Assembly (NCBI GenBank): GCA_963827685.1
Contig: CAWHBU010000002.1
Location: 320,001-384,000, forward strand
Origin: an uncultured delta proteobacterium
GTDB lineage: Bacteria; Desulfobacterota; BSN033; UBA1163
Direction: 5' to 3'
Length of the DNA: 64,000 nucleotides
Both the position numbers and the translations under genes were made by a program. Positions 59,480 to 64,000 of the stretch are shown here, piece after piece. Each line of letters starts with the position of its first letter. The first letter of the stretch is position 1. The notes under the pieces are model-generated. The model worked only from the letters and a program-made list of their open reading frames with translations. It did not search any database and was not told the origin of the DNA.

Positions 59480-60879
59480 AAAAGCATGCCAAATTCTTCG
59501 AGTCTCTGTTTTTTATTTCGGACCTCCTCATCGTTTCCCTGGCATGGATTCTGTCCTACTTTTTAAGATTTTATTTAATCCCGATCAGACCTCCTATACT
59601 GGGAACTCCTCCTTTTCTGACTTATCTCGAATTCTTGCTACCTCTCTGGGTGATATGGAGTTTTACTTCAAATAGGTTCGGGTTATATCGGCCCCGGAGA
59701 ATGGAGCATTTCTCAAAGGAGGTTTTTGATATTGCAAAAAGTTTGACCTTTGGATCTGTTATTTTGATTGCGCTGATCTACCTTCTTAGAAGGTTTGAGT
59801 TTTCCAGATTGGCTTTTTTATACTTTTGGGAGATCGGCTTTTTGGGACTCATTTCAATGCGATATTTCACTCGAAGAACGCTGATGATGCTGAGGAGCAA
59901 AGGATATAATCAGCGGTTTGCCCTGATTGCCGGAACAGGTGAACTTGGCAAAAAAGTTTTGAAAAACACCGGGCTCTATCCTGAAATGGGGATCCAAATC
60001 ATTGGTTTTTTGACACGTCAAATGGAGGAAGTTGGGAAAAAGATCAAAAACATTCCCGTCATCGGCGTGTACGAAGACCTCGACAAAATTGTTGGCGAAA
60101 ATAGGGTTGACATCTTCTTTGTTGCCCTACCCATCCATGAATATCACTACTTCGAAAACCTTATCAAAAAAGTTCAGGGGCATTTATCAGAGATTAAGGT
60201 AGTGCCAGGATCCTATGAATTCCTGGGATTAAGAGGGGGTATGGATGCATTGGGTGACCTTCCGATTGTGAGTCTTCAAGGCTCACCTCTCTATGGTTGG
60301 GATAGTTTTTTCAAAAGGACATTCGATCTGGTATTAGGAATTCTGATATTGGTGATGATATCTCCTATCATGCTGGTCATCAGCCTTCTAATCAAATTAA
60401 CCTCTCAAGGCCCGATCCTTTATAAGCAGGGGCGGGTAGGATTTGACGGTCGTCTCTTTCAAATGTTTAAATTCAGGACAATGAAGAAGGATGCAGAAAA
60501 AGAGACGGGTCCTGTTTGGGCGAGAGAAAACGACTCAAGGCGTACGATGATCGGTGCGTTTCTAAGGAAAACCAGTTTGGATGAGCTTCCTCAGTTATTT
60601 AACGTACTCAAGGGAGAGATGAGCTTGGTTGGTCCCCGGCCGGAAAGGCCCAATTTTGTCGAAGAATTTAGGAATAGAATTCCACTTTACATGCTTCGGC
60701 ATAAAATCAAGGCTGGAATGACCGGATGGGCCCAGATCAATGGCTGGAGGGGAAATACCTCTCTTGAGAAACGGATCGAGCACGACCTTTATTATATTCA
60801 GAATTGGTCAATCGGTTTTGATGTGAGAATCTTGTTGATGACAATCTGGAAAGGTTTTTTCAGCAAGTCAGCTTGTTAG
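59473..60879 (+). CDS. wcaJ: Undecaprenyl-phosphate glucose phosphotransferase
   Basis: KRTFD, KFRTM, SLDELPQL.NVLKGEMSLVGPRPE, GMTGWAQING. Confidence 0.88.
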   Translation: MLKKHAKFFESLFFISDLLIVSLAWILSYFLRFYLIPIRPPILGTPPFLTYLEFLLPLWVIWSFTSNRFGLYRPRRMEHFSKEVFDIAKSLTFGSVILIALIYLLRRFEFSRLAFLYFWEIGFLGLISMRYFTRRTLMMLRSKGYNQRFALIAGTGELGKKVLKNTGLYPEMGIQIIGFLTRQMEEVGKKIKNIPVIGVYEDLDKIVGENRVDIFFVALPIHEYHYFENLIKKVQGHLSEIKVVPGSYEFLGLRGGMDALGDLPIVSLQGSPLYGWDSFFKRTFDLVLGILILVMISPIMLVISLLIKLTSQGPILYKQGRVGFDGRLFQMFKFRTMKKDAEKETGPVWARENDSRRTMIGAFLRKTSLDELPQLFNVLKGEMSLVGPRPERPNFVEEFRNRIPLYMLRHKIKAGMTGWAQINGWRGNTSLEKRIEHDLYYIQNWSIGFDVRILLMTIWKGFFSKSAC

Positions 60880-60889
60880 TCGTGAAGTA

Positions 60890-60944
60890 CGTGACCGTGC
60901 CTGCACGCCGAAGTGCCTGCCTACGGCACGCAGGCGTGACCGTG
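60890..60944. repeat. 35-bp hairpin flanked by a 10-bp direct repeat
   Basis: CGTGACCGTG[CCTGCACGCCG..CGGCACGCAGG]CGTGACCGTG. Confidence 0.6.
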
Positions 60945-61019
60945 TTCCGTGAACGCAATGAATTGATTTTTGCGGATACAATCTTAATTCAGGGGTGATG
61001 AACCCCTTTATGGGGGATT

Positions 61020-62528
61020 ATGATAAAGAATGAGAAATTTGATCTTACCATACTCATTCTGGTTTCCCTTCTTTTAACCACTTACCTTTTCTTCAGAACC
61101 TACGTGATCTCCTTAGACGGGGCTTTCCAATACATCCCTATTGCTAAGGACTTTGCATCGGGGTTTTTCAGAAGAGCCCTAAGCCACAACCAGCAACCCC
61201 TATACCCTTTGATCATTGCCTTTGTTTCTCGATGGGTGCCCGATTTCGAATTGGCAGGGAAATTTGTCTCATCCTTTTTTGGAATCTTGATTATTCTCCC
61301 GGTCTATTTTTTGGGAAAGCGAATATTTGACGAGAAAATAGCATTCCTTTCAGCTCTTCTCCTAACCATCCACCCTTATGTTCGGAGGTTTTCAGCAGAC
61401 GTTCTCAAGGAATCGAGTTACCTCTTCTTTCTTGTCACAGCCATCTGGCTTGCCTGGAGGACCATCCAAGATGAAAGGAAATACCCATTTCTTCTCATTC
61501 CAATTATCTCGGTTTTGGCTTATCTTGTCAGACCCGACGGGATTGAAGTTCTTTTGGTCGTCTTCTTTTATGTCCTCTTTTTTAAGAAATTCAGTATTCC
61601 GGGGAGAAAAAGAAGAGTTATCCTTCTTCTAACGATATCATCATGTTTACTATTGCTTCCGTACTTCTTCTATTTAAGAGACATTAGAGGTGAGTGGACA
61701 TTTGCTAAGGCTAAGAGCATCGCAGAAATGTTAGGGTTGGGAGTGCTGAAGGACGGAGTTCCCTTCACGCATAAGATTCTCTATAGCCTTAAGAGATTGA
61801 ATTTGGAAATCTTCATTATATCTCACCCCGTCTACATCTTTTTGCTGATCATCGGTCTTCTGAAAGGGATCTTTTCACGCTTTAAATCCGGAGAAGGTTT
61901 TCTTCTCTCTTTTTGCCTCTTGCATTATGTGGTCTCGTTCTTGTTGGTGTTGAACATCACGGAATGGGGTGGAAACGGAACGATTAAGGCAGTTCATTTG
62001 AGCGGCAGACACGTATTACCCTTACTTCTCTTCTCCATTTATTGGGTCGGAGAAGGGTTTGTGACGATCTCTAAGTGGATTTCTGAAAAGATAGGATCTC
62101 TTCTTTTATCTCCTCGATTCAAACCAAGAGAACGATCGGCGATTATTATTCTGACGCTGTTGGTCTTGATATTAGCCACCGTTCTCCCCAAGACTTTAAA
62201 GCCTCAGAGATATGAACGGTTGCCTGAGAAGTGGGCAGGAATTTGGATCAAAAGTCAATCTGGGAAAGGGATGATCATTTTCACAACGGTGCCTCGCGTT
62301 GCCTTTTATGCTGATGAAAACTATGAATATATCGATCTAAGAAAAAGCACAGTTAAGGAGGTTAAAACTTCTATGTTAGAAAAGAAAGCCTTGTATTTAG
62401 TGATGCGTGAAAAAGATGTTATCGATTACCCCGAAGGGGTTAAATTAATACAAGAAGATTTCGTTGAAGTAAATCGACTCGAACAGGAAGGAATGGAGAA
62501 GATTATTATCTATAAGATAATTCATTAG
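61020..62528 (+). CDS. ArnT/PMT-like GT-C membrane glycosyltransferase
   Basis: SLDGAFQY, QPLYP, VYFLGKRIF, LAYLVRPDG; multi-TM. Confidence 0.75.
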   Translation: MIKNEKFDLTILILVSLLLTTYLFFRTYVISLDGAFQYIPIAKDFASGFFRRALSHNQQPLYPLIIAFVSRWVPDFELAGKFVSSFFGILIILPVYFLGKRIFDEKIAFLSALLLTIHPYVRRFSADVLKESSYLFFLVTAIWLAWRTIQDERKYPFLLIPIISVLAYLVRPDGIEVLLVVFFYVLFFKKFSIPGRKRRVILLLTISSCLLLLPYFFYLRDIRGEWTFAKAKSIAEMLGLGVLKDGVPFTHKILYSLKRLNLEIFIISHPVYIFLLIIGLLKGIFSRFKSGEGFLLSFCLLHYVVSFLLVLNITEWGGNGTIKAVHLSGRHVLPLLLFSIYWVGEGFVTISKWISEKIGSLLLSPRFKPRERSAIIILTLLVLILATVLPKTLKPQRYERLPEKWAGIWIKSQSGKGMIIFTTVPRVAFYADENYEYIDLRKSTVKEVKTSMLEKKALYLVMREKDVIDYPEGVKLIQEDFVEVNRLEQEGMEKIIIYKIIH

Positions 62529-62864
62529 CAGACTGCTGAAAAACGCCCCTGCCTGCCGGCAGGCAGGCGTCTGCGTCGTTGCCCTCCTCCTCGCCCTGTT
62601 AGATGAGCAGCTATATTTTGGAGAGAACCAGTGAAAATATCAGCTCTCAAATGGCTGCAAAACGAATCAGGATTCTATCTAACAGGGCAAGTCGTTGCGG
62701 CGTACAGCCAAGTACGCCTCACTCCTCAGGATTTCGGGGGCCCCACAAGCGGAATTTCGCAACGCTCAACTTGCGTCCGCCTGCGCGTAGTCGCTCTCGC
62801 CTGCCAAAGAACTTGTTCGGCGAGCAGGTCGGCGGAGGCAGGAGTATTTTTAAGCAGCCTGATA
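62526..62864. mobile_element. MITE with nested palindromic inserts
   Basis: TIRs CAGACTGCTGAAAAA / TTTTTAAGCAGCCTG; inserts at 62548-62567, 62593-62692 and ~62778-62842. Confidence 0.75.
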
Positions 62865-63038
62865 AAAATATTTTTTCAGAAACCTCTTAGTATTCCCAGA
62901 TTTCCCTTGAGTTTGAGAGACGGTTATGATAGTCTTTAAATCCAAAATAGGGATATTATAGGCCCAAAAATTGAATAGATAGAGAATAGAAACCCGCAAA
63001 AACCATGGTATTTAACACTCAAGCCCGAGGAGGAATGT

Positions 63039-63278
63039 ATGCCGAATAGGGTTGGAAAACATGGAATGGGGTGGATTCCAGATTATCCCGATTTCAGGGA
63101 TTATACTGAAGGGACAAAAGAGATTAAATTGGTTCTTGGTCATCAGGGGGTGTCAAAAGCTAAGGGTCTTGCTGTATCTGTAGATCTCCGACAGTGGTGT
63201 TCACCCATAGAAGATCAGGGTCAAATCGGTTCCTGCACCGCCCACGCAGGGGCTGGAATCAAGGTAGAAAGGGTTTGA
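63039..63278 (+). pseudogene. C1A cysteine protease N-terminal fragment
   Basis: GWIPDYPDFRD..VDLRQWCSPIEDQGQIGSCTA, then stops; catalytic His/Asn half absent. Confidence 0.75.
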
Positions 63279-63331
63279 AACAATGGCGTGCTTTTGAGAA
63301 TCGAAGTTTAACGAGACATTAGAGAGATTCA

Positions 63332-63722
63332 ATGACAAAAGAGGCAAAAGAAACCAAACCCCGTTATGGGACTGTGAATTTTGAAAAAAGAAAGTATCCC
63401 AGGTTTAGTATTGACCTGCCCGCAGAGGCTCAGTCGAACTGACCTTTCCGTCAAACAGGGTCGTGCTATCAATGCCAGTGAAGGGGGATTGCTTCTCTAT
63501 GTTCCAGAGCGAGTCGAGATTGGTCAACATCTGAAATTGAAACTTTTCTTCGCTATGGGCTCTGAACTGAATGCTGTTGAAGCAATGGTTGAGGTGGTTT
63601 GGGTGGATATCCATTTGGAGAAAGATGGGGGAGAATATCGGGCTGGGGTGAGGTTTGCTGAAATTTCCACGCAGGATATGGCCAGCCTGAGGGATCTTTT
63701 GAGAAGTCTTTCCTCTCCCTAA
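63332..63722 (+). pseudogene. PilZ-domain protein, frameshifted near 63427
   Basis: EKRKYPRF (RxxxR) in one frame; NASEGG and GVRF in another. Confidence 0.75.
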
Positions 63723-63768
63723 GGGGAACGAATCTTAATGGCAGCTTGCTTGGTGAGAAGGGGCAGTC

Positions 63769-64000
63769 ATGGCTGACCGATTGATAATCCTGGTTACCAA
63801 CGATGATGGCATCCATTCCAAAGGCGTTATCGTGTTGGCAAAAGCCCTCCAGGAGATCGGAAATGTTTTTGTCGTCGCTCCTGATAGAGAACAGAGTGCG
63901 ATTGCCCATTCGCTCACCCTTCACCGGCCTCTCCGGGTAGAAAAGATTAGAAAGAATTTTTATGCCGTGGATGGAACCCCCGCTGATTGTGTACATCTCG
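63769..64000 (+). CDS. surE: 5'/3'-nucleotidase SurE, 5' part (runs off window)
   Basis: [36 protein letters not shown]. Confidence 0.95.
   Translation, partial: MADRLIILVTNDDGIHSKGVIVLAKALQEIGNVFVVAPDREQSAIAHSLTLHRPLRVEKIRKNFYAVDGTPADCVHL

Noticed and set aside
62603-62939. Two short ORFs
   Set aside because: They lie across the nested MITE; spurious.

Overview
This is a 64-kb cell-surface glycan island, probably from a deltaproteobacterium/Desulfobacterota-like organism (inferred from gene families, the PEP-CTERM protein and sigma-54 promoters). 1-16 kb is an exopolysaccharide cluster (GT4/GT2, O-antigen-ligase-like polymerase, deacetylase, acyltransferases, MBOAT+SGNH, ugd). 17-28 kb holds sigma-54-driven secreted repeat proteins and a minimal PEP-CTERM protein. 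28-47 kb is a gmd-wzm-wzt ABC-dependent glycan operon with methyltransferases and a YfhO/GtrB/YdjC/EamA modification module. 47-52 kb encodes secreted proteins including a papain-family protease. 52-62 kb has more GTs, a small-protein/NoeA-like/sulfatase-like trio and wcaJ, and the window ends in surE. The most unusual signal is intergenic. A dead IS5 (6295-7593) can be reassembled codon by codon once several tiny palindromic inserts are removed. One insert is a 319-bp cassette: a GIY-YIG nuclease gene bracketed by the same 16-bp hairpin unit that forms the nuclease-free inserts. Other nested hairpin/MITE elements, an IS200/IS605-type non-autonomous element with TTTAT/TCAC ends, a truncated group II intron and many pseudogenes are also present. 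No rRNA, tRNA or CRISPR array was seen. All calls come from manual reading; no searches were run.
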